Origin: Gammaproteobacteria bacterium
GTDB taxonomy: Bacteria > Pseudomonadota > Gammaproteobacteria > Eutrophobiales > Eutrophobiaceae
Direction: 5' to 3'
Assembly: GCA_965215365.1 (NCBI GenBank)
Contig: CBDCDS010000003.1
Coordinates: 672,001 to 736,000, forward strand
DNA: 64,000 nucleotides
The translations under genes were made by a program, and so were the position numbers. The notes below the pieces were generated by a model. The model saw only the letters and a program-made list of their open reading frames with translations, ran no database searches and was not told the DNA's origin. Position 1 is the stretch's first letter. Every line of letters starts with the position of its first letter. Of this stretch, positions 41,778 through 52,097 are shown piece by piece.

Positions 41778-42607
41778 GTCTGTTCGTTGTAGATCGTCAT
41801 CGCCAACTGCAAATCCTGCCAGGATTTCCTCTTCTCCCGGGGCGAACGCAGCAGATAAGCAGGGTGGTATGTTACCACGACCGGCACCGGCGGGTCACCG
41901 TACTGGAAGCGTTGGCCGCGCATTTTGCCGATGGGGGTTTCCGTCTTCAGCAGGTTCTGCGCGGCCACCCGGCCCAGCGCCAGGATGAGCCTGGGCTTGA
42001 CGGTATTTATCTGTTGCGCCAGATAATTCTCGCAGGCCAGAACCTCCTCGGGTCTGGGATCGCGATTATTGGGCGGGCGGCATTTCAGGATGTTGGCGAT
42101 GAATACCTGTTGCCGGGCCAGACCCAGCGCTTGCAACATGGCATCGAGCAGCTTGCCGGCGCGACCGACAAAAGGTTCGCCGCGCCGATCTTCCTCGGCG
42201 CCCGGCGCCTCGCCGATCAACATCAGCTCGGCATTGACGTCGCCAACGCCGAATACGGTCTGTGTCCTGCCTTCATGCAAAGGACACAGGCGACAGCCCG
42301 CTACCTGACGCTGCAACGCCTCCCAGTCAGGTGTCGCCCCGTCGCCCGGTTGCGCGGTAAGCGCCCTGGCGCCAACGGGAGCAGCCGGATCAACCACGTC
42401 AGCAGCCAATACATTGCCGGCAACAACTTTCAGGTCGGCCTCTTCAAGCAGCAGGCGAGAGCCTGTCCCCGCCGTACTTTCATGGCCGGAGACCGGCACA
42501 GAATCCGTCCCTTTCAGACCTGCTCGCTCGCGCACCCGGTACACCTCGATGCCGAGAGCTTCCAGGTATTGGTATTGTCGGGGCGCCAGCCGCATACCCG
42601 GTCTCAC
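41774..42607 (-). CDS. Family 4 uracil-DNA glycosylase with an N-terminal extension
   Basis: [36 protein letters not shown]. Confidence 0.92.
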   Translation of the reverse strand: MRPGMRLAPRQYQYLEALGIEVYRVRERAGLKGTDSVPVSGHESTAGTGSRLLLEEADLKVVAGNVLAADVVDPAAPVGARALTAQPGDGATPDWEALQRQVAGCRLCPLHEGRTQTVFGVGDVNAELMLIGEAPGAEEDRRGEPFVGRAGKLLDAMLQALGLARQQVFIANILKCRPPNNRDPRPEEVLACENYLAQQINTVKPRLILALGRVAAQNLLKTETPIGKMRGQRFQYGDPPVPVVVTYHPAYLLRSPREKRKSWQDLQLAMTIYNEQT

Positions 42608-44136
42608 ACCTGAGGATGTATTTTGCTGCTGATGGAATGGGCCCGGTTGATCGCATTGATGTACGCTTTTGCTGAGGCCGCGACGATATCCGTATCTGAG
42701 CCCCGGCCATTGATCACGTGTCCGTCCTTGAGCACGCGCACCGTTACCTCTCCCTGCGAGTCGGTGCCGCCGGTAATATTGTTCACGGAGAACAGTTGCA
42801 GTTCACAACCACTGGACACCAGGCTCTCTATGGCCTTGAACACCGCATCCACAGGACCGTCTCCCGGAGACTTGCCCGGTATCTCCTCGCCGTCTATCGC
42901 CAGCGTCAGCTCAGCTGAGGGCGTCTCACCGGTTTCCGTTATCACCTTGAGTGAGACCAGTTTGATCTTTTCCTCGCCGGCCTGCATGTTGTCGGTAACG
43001 ATGGCCTGCAAGTCTTCGTCATAAATCTCATGTTTCTTGTCCGCCAGCTCCTTGAACCTGACAAAAGCGTTATTCAATTCTTCCTCACTGGGGAACTCAA
43101 AGCCGAGTTCCCGCAGCCGGGTGCGGAAGGCATTGCGGCCCGAATGTTTGCCCAGCACCAGACGGTTGGTGGACCAGCCCACATCCTGGGCGCGCATGAT
43201 CTCGTAAGTTTCCCTGCTCTTGAGCACGCCGTCCTGGTGGATGCCAGCCTCATGCGCAAAAGCATTGGCGCCCACTACGGCCTTGTTCGGCTGCACCTGA
43301 AAGCCGGTCACGTTCGACACCAGCTTGGAGCAGTTCACGATCTCGGTAGTATCGAGGTCTGTAGCGCAGGGGAAATAGTCGGAGCGCGTGCGCACCGCCA
43401 TCACGATCTCTTCCAGCGAGGCGTTGCCGGCGCGCTCACCCAACCCGTTGACGGTGCATTCCACCTGACGCGCGCCGTGCATGACCGCAGCTAAAGAATT
43501 GGCGACAGCCAGACCCAGGTCATTGTGGCAATGCACCGAGAACACTGCCTGATCGGAGTTGGGCACCCGCGCAATGATATTGCCGATAGTCTCCCCGAAC
43601 TGCGTGGGGATACTGTAGCCCACCGTATCCGGGATGTTGATGGTGGTGGCGCCGGCGGCAATCACCGCCTCGATGATCCGGCACAGAAAATCCAACTCCG
43701 AGCGACCTGCGTCCTCCGGTGAGAACTCCACATCATCCGTGTATTTCTTTGCCCTCTTTACCGCCTTCACTGCGGCCTCGACCACCTCCTCCGGCTGCAT
43801 TTTCAACTTACGCTCCATGTGTATGGGCGAGGTGGCGATAAACGTATGGATGCGGGCGGCACGCGCCGGCTTCAAGGCCTCGGCTGCGGCATCAATGTCT
43901 GCATAACCCGTGCGCGCCAGACCGCACACCGTGCTGTCTTTGATGATCTCCGCCACCGCCCTGACCGCCTCAAAATCCCCACCGCTGGCGATTGGAAAAC
44001 CCGCTTCAATCACATCTACCCGCATCTTCTCCAGCGCCTTGGCGATACGCATTTTCTCACCGCGAGTCATGGACGCGCCGGGACTCTGCTCACCGTCTCG
44101 CAACGTGGTATCAAAAATAATTAATTTGTCTTTCAT
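42604..44136 (-). CDS. leuA: 2-isopropylmalate synthase
   Basis: [38 protein letters not shown] regulatory domain. Confidence 0.97.
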   Translation of the reverse strand: MKDKLIIFDTTLRDGEQSPGASMTRGEKMRIAKALEKMRVDVIEAGFPIASGGDFEAVRAVAEIIKDSTVCGLARTGYADIDAAAEALKPARAARIHTFIATSPIHMERKLKMQPEEVVEAAVKAVKRAKKYTDDVEFSPEDAGRSELDFLCRIIEAVIAAGATTINIPDTVGYSIPTQFGETIGNIIARVPNSDQAVFSVHCHNDLGLAVANSLAAVMHGARQVECTVNGLGERAGNASLEEIVMAVRTRSDYFPCATDLDTTEIVNCSKLVSNVTGFQVQPNKAVVGANAFAHEAGIHQDGVLKSRETYEIMRAQDVGWSTNRLVLGKHSGRNAFRTRLRELGFEFPSEEELNNAFVRFKELADKKHEIYDEDLQAIVTDNMQAGEEKIKLVSLKVITETGETPSAELTLAIDGEEIPGKSPGDGPVDAVFKAIESLVSSGCELQLFSVNNITGGTDSQGEVTVRVLKDGHVINGRGSDTDIVAASAKAYINAINRAHSISSKIHPQV

Positions 44137-44201
44137 GGCCCTGCTCCTGAATCAGGATAAATCTTGCCTGTAAAAATGAGAAAAGTCTTGTTGAAAGAGT
44201 A

Positions 44202-44282
44202 CTAATAGGGCAGCAGCAGGCGCAGGGAAGCAACTGCCGGCAGGGCAGCTGAGACAGGACTTGGGCGCTGAAATGAAGCCAT
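44202..44282 (-). promoter_or_regulatory. Leucine-rich leader peptide of leuA (MASFQRPSPVSAALPAVASLRLLLPY)
   Basis: 26-aa uORF ending 65 nt before leuA with an L-R-L-L-L cluster; contains a sequence complementary to the leuA ribosome-binding site. Confidence 0.7.
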
Positions 44283-44475
44283 GAGTTCAATATAGCGATG
44301 ATGGAGAAAAATGCAAGGGGAATGTTGCAAACTCACAAATGAAGGAGCGTACTTCAATCAGCCGCAGCATCAGAAAAAACCATAGCTACCGCTATGCTCA
44401 TCGTCGCAGGCGCCCGCAGGCAGCACCAATCCGGCGCGATCTTCGCATCACTTGGTGAGTAGCAAGTACTGTGAC

Positions 44476-44515
44476 TTGATAAAGTATCTACATTGGATAT
44501 ACTTCGTCAGATACA
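44476..44515 (+). promoter_or_regulatory. mazEF promoter/operator
   Basis: TTGATA...TATACT promoter; imperfect palindrome aagtatctacattggatatactt with the GTATCTACA core recalled from the E. coli mazEF operator. Confidence 0.55.
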
Positions 44516-44535
44516 TCGTATAATCTCAAGAAATA

Positions 44536-44802
44536 ATGAAAGTTCAAACAGAAATCAAAAAATGGGGTAACAGTCTAGCCTTGCGCGTCACCGGTGTAAT
44601 GGCGACGCTACCCGGATTCAAAGCTGGCGCCAGAGTTGTTGTAGATGTCACCGACGAAGGCCTCGTTGTCAAACCTGCTGCCAGGAAAAAAGATAGAATT
44701 CATTTTCCCTATACCGAAGATGAATTGCTGGCCGACCTGACACCGGAAACAGTGCATGCTGATGAACTGGCAAAGGTCGCGGCTCACGAATTCGGCGATT
44801 AA
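44536..44802 (+). CDS. mazE: MazE/AbrB-type antitoxin
   Basis: IKKWGNSLALR; YT..ELLA.LTPE..H. Confidence 0.88.
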   Translation: MKVQTEIKKWGNSLALRVTGVMATLPGFKAGARVVVDVTDEGLVVKPAARKKDRIHFPYTEDELLADLTPETVHADELAKVAAHEFGD

Positions 44803-45162
44803 ATGGAACCTGCGCCGTATATCCCTGGCCGCAGAGATGTCGTATGGCTTGATTTTGAACCCTCCAAAGGGAAAGAGATCGGAAAATATCGGCCGGCGCT
44901 GGTGTTAAGTAATCAGGCATATAATCGCAAGACCGGATTACTGATTTGCTGCCCGATCAGCACCAGCATACGCGGTGGCGCCACGGAGGTGCGAATATCA
45001 AACCTTGAAAAACCCTCTGTCGTCACAGCGGGACTGGTTCAAACCCTTTCCTGGAGAGAGAGAAGGGTGAAAAAAATCATGACTGCCAGTCAGGACGAGT
45101 TCCGGGAAACCTTGCTGAGGTTGCTGCCTTTGATCGGAGCAACTGAAGTTTTGGGGGAATAG
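44803..45162 (+). CDS. mazF: MazF/PemK endoribonuclease toxin
   Basis: YIP.R.DVVWLDFEP..G.E...RPALVLS...YN..TG....CPIST. Confidence 0.9.
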   Translation: MEPAPYIPGRRDVVWLDFEPSKGKEIGKYRPALVLSNQAYNRKTGLLICCPISTSIRGGATEVRISNLEKPSVVTAGLVQTLSWRERRVKKIMTASQDEFRETLLRLLPLIGATEVLGE

Positions 45163-45196
45163 ATGCCGATGAACCCATCACGCCGCCCATACCTCA

Positions 45197-47686
45197 TTAT
45201 AGGAATATGAAATAATGGTCAGGCAGAGGCCCGGTGTAACCCGTCAGGACAATATCGGACCAGTCATCGCCATCTAAGTCCACGTAAGTGTCGGTTGCTC
45301 CGTCCGGTATCCAATACCGGTCCTGAAAACTGGCGGATTGGTAGCCCGACAGGACAATTCGATCACCTTCCGTCGGGTTGAAGTCCGCAATGATGTCATT
45401 GAAATCCAACGTATCGCCGGGTTCGAACCTGAACGCGTCAGCGCCTCTGCCGCCGACCAGTCGGTCGGCGCCGGGGCCGCCGGCGAGGTAGTCATTCCCC
45501 AACCCGCCGTACAAGGTGTCGTCTCCCTCCTGGCCGTACAGAATGTCATCACCGCCACCAGGTCCGCCGTAGAGCTTGTCATCACCGTTCCCACCATACA
45601 AGACGTTATCCCTGCTGTCGCCGGCCAGCACATCATCATAATCGGAGCCGTACAGGTTGATAATATCGGGCACCGTCTCTTCAAATAGCAGACCGTCCCT
45701 GATGTACCTCACTGTCACCACATCGCTAAATATATCGCCTTCGGCATCCCCGCCTCGGGCCTGGAAGCTATGCAGTCTGACGGTAACACCGGCGCTGGAG
45801 TCGATATATGACGCAGTATCGTCACCGTGACCACCGACGAGCATATCCGCGCCAGGGCCGCCTTCCAGGACATCGTCTTCATCACCGCCGAACAAGATGT
45901 CAACGCCCTGACCACCGTACAGCCAGTCATCGCCCCATCCACCATCCAACCGGTCATTTCCATCCAAGCCCCACAGAACGTTGCCAACAAAAAGCGAGTT
46001 CGTGCCGGTGAGATAATCATCATAAGCCGAACCCCAGACGCCTTCGAGGTCATCCCCCAAAACATCGCCTTCGGCTTCCCCGCCGCGGGCTGTGCCGGCT
46101 TCTAGGTTGACGGTAACAGCGGCACCAGAGGCAAAATAGGAGAGGGTGTCGTAGCCAGCGCCGCCGTTGAGGGTATCGGCACCCGGGCCGCCGGTCAGGA
46201 TGTCGTTGCCATTACCACCGTCCAGAACATCATCGCCCCGGCCTCCGGTCAGCCGGTCATCGCCGGCCAGGCCGGATAGGTTATCGTTGCCATCCGTGCC
46301 GATGAGCGCGTTGTCATCGCCGGCGGTACCCGTAATAGTCATCGTGCCGGTATTGCCGCCGGCAAAGATGAAATGAGCATCAGCCAAGCGGCCTGTGTAG
46401 CCCTCAAGGACGATGTCATAGTAGCCGTCTCCATCCAAATCCATGACTCGTGAACCTGAAAAGCCTGACACTTGCTCGAGCCAGTTTCCGGGAATGCCGG
46501 TGATGTTTCTGTAGGCGCTCAGGTCAATCCGGTCTCCTTGCCCCGGATTGAAATCCATGATTTTATCGGTGTAGCGAGAGGGCTCATCACTCGGCAGAAA
46601 CACAAACGTGTCGGCGCCGCCGCCGCCAGTCAGCTCGTCATCACCGGACTCACCAACCAATATGTTGTCGGCAGAGCCTCCGCTCAGGACATCATCGCCG
46701 CCGCCACCGTATATATTTTCAATTTCACCGAGGAAGATGAGATTCCAGGCCGCCCTCTGGTTAATAAAATCTATCGGCGCGTCATTGACATTTCCCACCC
46801 CGATGATGACCCCTTCGAGTTCGTCAAATCCAAGTCGGTCTGAGGTATCGCCAAGATACAGCGTATCCTTGCCGCCGGTATCAACGATTGTCACGGTGCT
46901 GGTCGGAGACCATCCCAGCTGTTGGTAAAAATCAACGTTCGGCACATTTCGCCAGGTATATACGGTGTCTCCCGGGTTGATGCCGGCGGCTGGCTCACCG
47001 TAGAGTTCCCAAATGGCTGCCACATCAAACAACATGGGTGTTGCCGGGATAACGTCCAAGGCAAACTCGGCTGTGATGGGGTTGTCCGTTTCCTCACTGG
47101 CGTAAGACATAACGGTGAACAGCCTGGCATCCAGTGCAAATTGCTTGCCCACATTGTGGCGACCCAATTCTCCGTTGTAGTCGCCCGGGTGGCCTAGTCC
47201 CAAGGCGTGCCCAATCTCATGGATGTAGGTGGTCAAAGAGTAGCTGTTCAAGCCCGTCCCATACTTATCCAGCCAGCCGACGGACACATTGACTTCCGAC
47301 TGCCTGATAATGCCACCCCCCGAAACAGTGCCGCTGACCATCGAATCGAACCAGGACCCGGCAAATGCTTCCCGCGTTACGGGATGAGCAATGTCATCGA
47401 ATATAATATGGGCATTGACACTGTTGGTTTCCCGGAAGGTGATGCCGCTCACCTCTGTCCAGGCAGCCAGCGCATGGCGCGCCAGAAATTTTCCCTCACT
47501 GGTCAGGCCGGTAATATTGACCGTAAGCGTACCACCCGGTGCCACGTCAAACTTGCGGCGACCGGCAGACGGGTCGTTATAGTGGCCCTTCCAGAACCCC
47601 TCCAGCAGCTGCCAGACAATACTGCCGTCTTGCTGCATAGCCGTCTGGCGCACTTCGTTTTGTGTAGTGTGATGTTTATAAAACAT
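45197..47686 (-). CDS. Serralysin-like M10 metalloprotease with RTX Ca-binding repeats
   Basis: HEIGHALGLGHP, Met-turn TVMSY, TPMLFDVAAI..LYG, many GGxGxDxLx nonamers; no Sec signal; true start uncertain. Confidence 0.88.
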   Translation of the reverse strand: MFYKHHTTQNEVRQTAMQQDGSIVWQLLEGFWKGHYNDPSAGRRKFDVAPGGTLTVNITGLTSEGKFLARHALAAWTEVSGITFRETNSVNAHIIFDDIAHPVTREAFAGSWFDSMVSGTVSGGGIIRQSEVNVSVGWLDKYGTGLNSYSLTTYIHEIGHALGLGHPGDYNGELGRHNVGKQFALDARLFTVMSYASEETDNPITAEFALDVIPATPMLFDVAAIWELYGEPAAGINPGDTVYTWRNVPNVDFYQQLGWSPTSTVTIVDTGGKDTLYLGDTSDRLGFDELEGVIIGVGNVNDAPIDFINQRAAWNLIFLGEIENIYGGGGDDVLSGGSADNILVGESGDDELTGGGGADTFVFLPSDEPSRYTDKIMDFNPGQGDRIDLSAYRNITGIPGNWLEQVSGFSGSRVMDLDGDGYYDIVLEGYTGRLADAHFIFAGGNTGTMTITGTAGDDNALIGTDGNDNLSGLAGDDRLTGGRGDDVLDGGNGNDILTGGPGADTLNGGAGYDTLSYFASGAAVTVNLEAGTARGGEAEGDVLGDDLEGVWGSAYDDYLTGTNSLFVGNVLWGLDGNDRLDGGWGDDWLYGGQGVDILFGGDEDDVLEGGPGADMLVGGHGDDTASYIDSSAGVTVRLHSFQARGGDAEGDIFSDVVTVRYIRDGLLFEETVPDIINLYGSDYDDVLAGDSRDNVLYGGNGDDKLYGGPGGGDDILYGQEGDDTLYGGLGNDYLAGGPGADRLVGGRGADAFRFEPGDTLDFNDIIADFNPTEGDRIVLSGYQSASFQDRYWIPDGATDTYVDLDGDDWSDIVLTGYTGPLPDHYFIFL

Positions 47687-47714
47687 GGGTGGTTGTCTTG
47701 AAATTTATTCCAGG

Positions 47715-48347
47715 TCACCGTTTTGTGTGCGTCCCATCACTGATTATGGCCTTTTTCGCCCGGGCATCGTCCACTTTGTACACAATCTCCTTAAAACTCG
47801 CAAGTCCCGCTTCAATATGGTCGATGATTTCGCCGGCGAGAATGTCCGGGTCGGGTAAATTGTCGAGGTCGGTAAGGGTTTCGTCTTTCAGCCAAAAGAT
47901 ATCGAGATTGGTTTTGTCGCGTGCGCTGATCGCCTCATAGGTGAATTTACGCCAACGCCCGTCTGCATCATCTTCCGACCAGGTTTCTTTTCTCTGATGC
48001 CGGTTGGCGGGATTGTAACAAGTGATAAAATCCTCAAGGTCGGCCAGTCGCATGGGCTTTTTCTTCAGGGTGTGGTGGATATTGGTTCGATAGTCGGCCA
48101 ACTTGCGCAGGGATTGTGCATAGTGGCTTTCCAAATCAGCGCCTCGCCTGGATGTTAACGCGCCCCAGTCATAGCCTTCAGGTACAGCAAGCGGGCGATT
48201 GTAAGGCGGTCTGGCAAACTCCTCCACCATTTTCAAAAATAGCAGGTAGGTCAACTGCTCCAGATAATCGCCGTAGCTGACGCCGTCATCGCGCAGAACA
48301 TTGGCAAGGTTCCAGACTTTGGAGACAATGCTTGCTTCGTCATTCAT
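47715..48347 (-). pseudogene. hsdM remnant with the catalytic core deleted in frame
   Basis: VWNLANVLRDDGVSYGDYLEQLTYLLFLKM joined near 48095 to DYRTNIHHTLK...NLDIFWLKD; no DPACG or NPPF motif. Confidence 0.85.
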
Positions 48348-48383
48348 TTAAGCTTTTCGCTTCGTACAACGGAACCCTGTTTA

Positions 48384-50915
48384 CTATCTGTGCACTTCAA
48401 CAGGTTGCCGTATTCTATCTTTTACAACCTGATAAAGATCGATCTGTTCCTGCTGCGCAACTTCCAGAGTGACAGCCAGGCCGTAGGGGATTTCTTCATC
48501 AAGATCACCGGCATCACCGGCGCATTCCACAAAAAGTTCGAGAGCATCTCTTGGCGGATTTATTTTATTCAATTCGAAGATCTCGTGTTGAACGGTTCCT
48601 TTGCGGACTTGTTGCCAATCGCTTTCCGAGCGTTTACACCCACCTTTACCTTTCAAACCGTCCGCCTCAAACCACAATTTTGCGCGACGCATGCCGATGT
48701 GAAAAGGGTTGATGGGCGTGAACCATGCCAGAGTAATTGTTAATCGCACGTAACCGTCAATGGGGGAGACCGCCGGCAGTGGAAACTTGTAACGATGCCT
48801 TTGCTGGTCATTGATAATTCCGCACCCGATCACAGTCGCCCTGCTTTGCGTGCATTCAAGCACTCGCTCATAATTCATCGCTCCATAACCGAGATACCGG
48901 GACAGGTACCTCTTGAGCTTTAAGCTATTCGTCGAACTTTTCAGAATTTCATATCTGGCGCTGCTTTCTCCTCGCGAGGCGCTGTGAACCAGCAATGTTT
49001 TTAGCAACACTGCATCAAAATCGCTCGATAGCTCATCGGAGTTTTCCTCCCGAAGCACTTCCAACATCTCATAGATATGCCCGGCAGCATGGCTGACTAT
49101 TGCCGCGGCATGACTGGTTCCTGCCTGAAAAGTGGTATTTGTAAGAGATTCAGGAAGAGGGCCAGGAGAGGCCGTTTGTATCCCCGGAGGTGCATTTGCG
49201 ATTACCGGGTCGAGAATTTTGTCATCCGTGAGGTTTTTGTCATACAACAATCTGCCGCCGGACGTGAAAATATCCGGTTTAATGGTGCCGCGATAGCCAG
49301 GGCCCACGCGGCTGTAGGGCGCCGGTAAGCTCTGGTCATCTATCGGGTCAAAAGCGGAGATATTACTGTTCAGCTCCCCAGAGGAATCATTTTGCAGGGA
49401 GCCAACCGTGATTGAGTTCATGGATTCTGCAGGAGAAAATAAACGATGATTGCGCTGGTTTTTGTCTATTCCTGATATCACTTTTTCATTGTCAGGTGAT
49501 AAACGATCATTGTTTGCAGTATCAGCGAGTTGAATGGATTCGATGTAGTTGCCTGCGCTGACAACAAATAACACCCTGTACTTGAATGAGATCCAATCCA
49601 AAAGTCTTGCCCAGGGTGACATTTCTTGTAAGTAGATTTGGTCAATATTACCGAGCGAAAGATTAATGACCCGGATATCCGGCGCCTGGGGAGGCTCACC
49701 TTCAAACATTTCCCTGACTGATAGTTCTATGATGTCCTCCTGGAAGCGCTCACCGGGTATTTGCTCTTCCCCTTTGCCATTAGGTTTCATTACAGGGCGC
49801 ACGTAAATGCAACGTGATAGCGATTTAATTTCAGCAGGAGGTCTGCTTAAATCTCCATGACATATCAGTGAGGCCATGGCAGTACCGTGCCTCTGTTGGT
49901 CGGGCTCATAGTCACTTGAATAATTTTCGGGATCCGACAACTCCAGACGATTATCCAACTGAACATGTCGCAAAAGAGGAACGCCATCCAGCAATGCTAT
50001 GACCGGAGGGAGGCCTCTAACGGGTTCAGGTTGCCTGGTAACCGGATATTCCGGTAACTCTCCCTGTGCCTCAATGTGCTGTCCGACAGGGCGGATGTAT
50101 CTGATTCCTTCATCATCAAATATCGGGGGCAGGCCGATGACAGATGCTTCCATCTTCCACTCAAGGTTGGCTATTTCATCCAAGCAACTCACAGGCAATT
50201 TGACTTTTAGCGCGTGAAAGGCGATATCCCCAATGCAAACTGACTGGTTTGCTTGACCCCCGGCATCTTCGATTTTCTGACGAATTTTGTCTATCGAGTC
50301 ATTACGTTTGTTCTCGGCTTTTCGGTAATGCAATTCGATTTCAAAATCCAGAAATGAAGCCGTTCCTTTTTTCACCTCGTACTCGTTTTTCCACCTTTCC
50401 CAAATCCCAGTGTCTCTCAACCGGTCTCGTGCATCCCAAAGACGCAAGGTGATCAAGTATGAAAATATGTCTTTGAACTTTCCGTAGCCACGAGGTAGTG
50501 GCTTCCCCGATTGATATTCATTCCAGAGCCCCAATAGTCTATCCGTTGCCTGCTTATTGCTGGATAACAGATAGAAACGTCCTCCTTTTACTTTTTTTCC
50601 GGCATTTTCGTCGTAGAGGTCGTGCAGATCTATATCATCTACATCCATTTCTGCCAGCCATTCCAAGCCCGGCATTTTCACAACCGCCTTTTGCAGTCCC
50701 TCTATACGGCTGGATGTTTCCATAACAAGCACCCGTTCTATGTCTCCCGCTTCATCGGACACAAACGCTGCTTGAACCTGGGCAAACTGTTCTTCGACAC
50801 GCTGCGCCTGCCTTTCAACATTGGTTGGCTGAGGTACGCGCGGAAATCCAGGAGTGCTGGGCGTCCTATCTACCGGTTCCGCGCTGGGAAAAATAAGCAG
50901 TGGCCTTTCAGGCAT
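48384..50915 (-). CDS. S8 subtilisin-like serine protease (IetS-like)
   Basis: IALLDG (Asp), HGTAMAS (His), VINLSLG, VSAGN, KPDI, GTSHAA (Ser); no signal peptide. Confidence 0.88.
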   Translation of the reverse strand: MPERPLLIFPSAEPVDRTPSTPGFPRVPQPTNVERQAQRVEEQFAQVQAAFVSDEAGDIERVLVMETSSRIEGLQKAVVKMPGLEWLAEMDVDDIDLHDLYDENAGKKVKGGRFYLLSSNKQATDRLLGLWNEYQSGKPLPRGYGKFKDIFSYLITLRLWDARDRLRDTGIWERWKNEYEVKKGTASFLDFEIELHYRKAENKRNDSIDKIRQKIEDAGGQANQSVCIGDIAFHALKVKLPVSCLDEIANLEWKMEASVIGLPPIFDDEGIRYIRPVGQHIEAQGELPEYPVTRQPEPVRGLPPVIALLDGVPLLRHVQLDNRLELSDPENYSSDYEPDQQRHGTAMASLICHGDLSRPPAEIKSLSRCIYVRPVMKPNGKGEEQIPGERFQEDIIELSVREMFEGEPPQAPDIRVINLSLGNIDQIYLQEMSPWARLLDWISFKYRVLFVVSAGNYIESIQLADTANNDRLSPDNEKVISGIDKNQRNHRLFSPAESMNSITVGSLQNDSSGELNSNISAFDPIDDQSLPAPYSRVGPGYRGTIKPDIFTSGGRLLYDKNLTDDKILDPVIANAPPGIQTASPGPLPESLTNTTFQAGTSHAAAIVSHAAGHIYEMLEVLREENSDELSSDFDAVLLKTLLVHSASRGESSARYEILKSSTNSLKLKRYLSRYLGYGAMNYERVLECTQSRATVIGCGIINDQQRHRYKFPLPAVSPIDGYVRLTITLAWFTPINPFHIGMRRAKLWFEADGLKGKGGCKRSESDWQQVRKGTVQHEIFELNKINPPRDALELFVECAGDAGDLDEEIPYGLAVTLEVAQQEQIDLYQVVKDRIRQPVEVHR

Positions 50916-51900
50916 AATTTACCGAGGCCGCCTGTGAGGTTGTTGTCTGTTGCTCACGCCACTGGCGAATCTTGGTCTTGATAATTTCTTTGGTGTTATC
51001 CTGTTGCCTCTCCAGAACCGCGCGTCGATAGACGTCCCGACAAAAGTCCTCCACCGATGAGAAGGAGTCAAAGCCAGCCTTTTCAACTATGGATTGGGCC
51101 GGCACACAAAACTTGACAGACATCTGTTTCTCATAATTACGAATAAATCCAACAAACTGTTCTTTGGTTGGGCGCGGCATTTCCAAACGGACCTGAAAAC
51201 GACGCCAAACTGCCGTATCCAACAGTTCAGCATGATTGCTTGCTACAACTACTACGGTATAGCTGGGCAACGAGTCGATTTGCAACAACAGGGAACTGAC
51301 CACGCGTTTGATCTCTCCGGTCTCATGCGCATCACCGCGTTCTTTACCCACCACATCGAATTCATCGAAAAAAAGGACACACTTCTGCTGTCGGGCATAA
51401 TCAAAAATTTTCTGCAAACGGGAAGCTGTTTCACCGAGGAAGCTCCCGATCAATCCCTCATAGCGGACCATCAGCAAGGGAACCATTATTTCATGGGCTA
51501 ACGCCTCTGCCAGCGTCGTTTTACCATTTCCGGGTGGGCCAATAAACATGAGCCTGTTTCGGGGTGACAGGCCATAACTCTTCAGCAGATCGGCTCGATG
51601 TTGCTCTTCGGCAATCTCCTGAATAAGTGCACGACTTGAGTCCTTAAGAATAACTTCCGATAGCTTGCGTTCGGGGATACGATTGTAGAGCAGGTGAGCA
51701 ATGCCGTTATCCAGAACGCGGCTTGGGCGAGTAACAGCGGCGCCATTTTCACGCATGACTGCGGTAAGGCGATCAGCCAGAACATAATGCCTCTTGTCCC
51801 GTTCTTCAGCGATGATATTTTCGGTAACTTCCTGAAAACCGGATAGGTCACCTCTCCTGCCGGCTTTGATCAGGTTAACCAATAAATCTGCTCTGGCCAT
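50908..51900 (-). CDS. AAA+ ATPase (IetA-like) coupled to the S8 protease
   Basis: GPPGNGKT, FFDEFD, GEIKRVVSSLL, LLD.AVWRRF; overlaps the S8 gene start. Confidence 0.9.
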   Translation of the reverse strand: MARADLLVNLIKAGRRGDLSGFQEVTENIIAEERDKRHYVLADRLTAVMRENGAAVTRPSRVLDNGIAHLLYNRIPERKLSEVILKDSSRALIQEIAEEQHRADLLKSYGLSPRNRLMFIGPPGNGKTTLAEALAHEIMVPLLMVRYEGLIGSFLGETASRLQKIFDYARQQKCVLFFDEFDVVGKERGDAHETGEIKRVVSSLLLQIDSLPSYTVVVVASNHAELLDTAVWRRFQVRLEMPRPTKEQFVGFIRNYEKQMSVKFCVPAQSIVEKAGFDSFSSVEDFCRDVYRRAVLERQQDNTKEIIKTKIRQWREQQTTTSQAASVNYA

Positions 51901-52097
51901 TGCGAATACCCCTACGTGGTTCTACCTGTCGGTATCTGCACCACTATTGCTGAAATTATTCGCTGATTATATCAGACTTTATCAACCACGCCGTCGAGGG
52001 CCAACCTGCTTCAAGACAGCCTGGCAGGTTTTTTCAGCCTTCGGCCCTGAATTGTTTGTGCCTGAATACGTTGCAAAAGTTGTTGTGCAGGTTCCCC

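Noticed and set aside
51960-52073. Two 11-mers (TCGCTGATTAT, TGAATACGTTG) shared with the flanks of the 23-bp array
   Set aside because: Order is swapped and there is no extended homology; compatible with chance.
52080-52097. gcaggttccc at the hsdR truncation point as another MITE-family end
   Set aside because: Only about 8 bp match; suggestive but too short to call.
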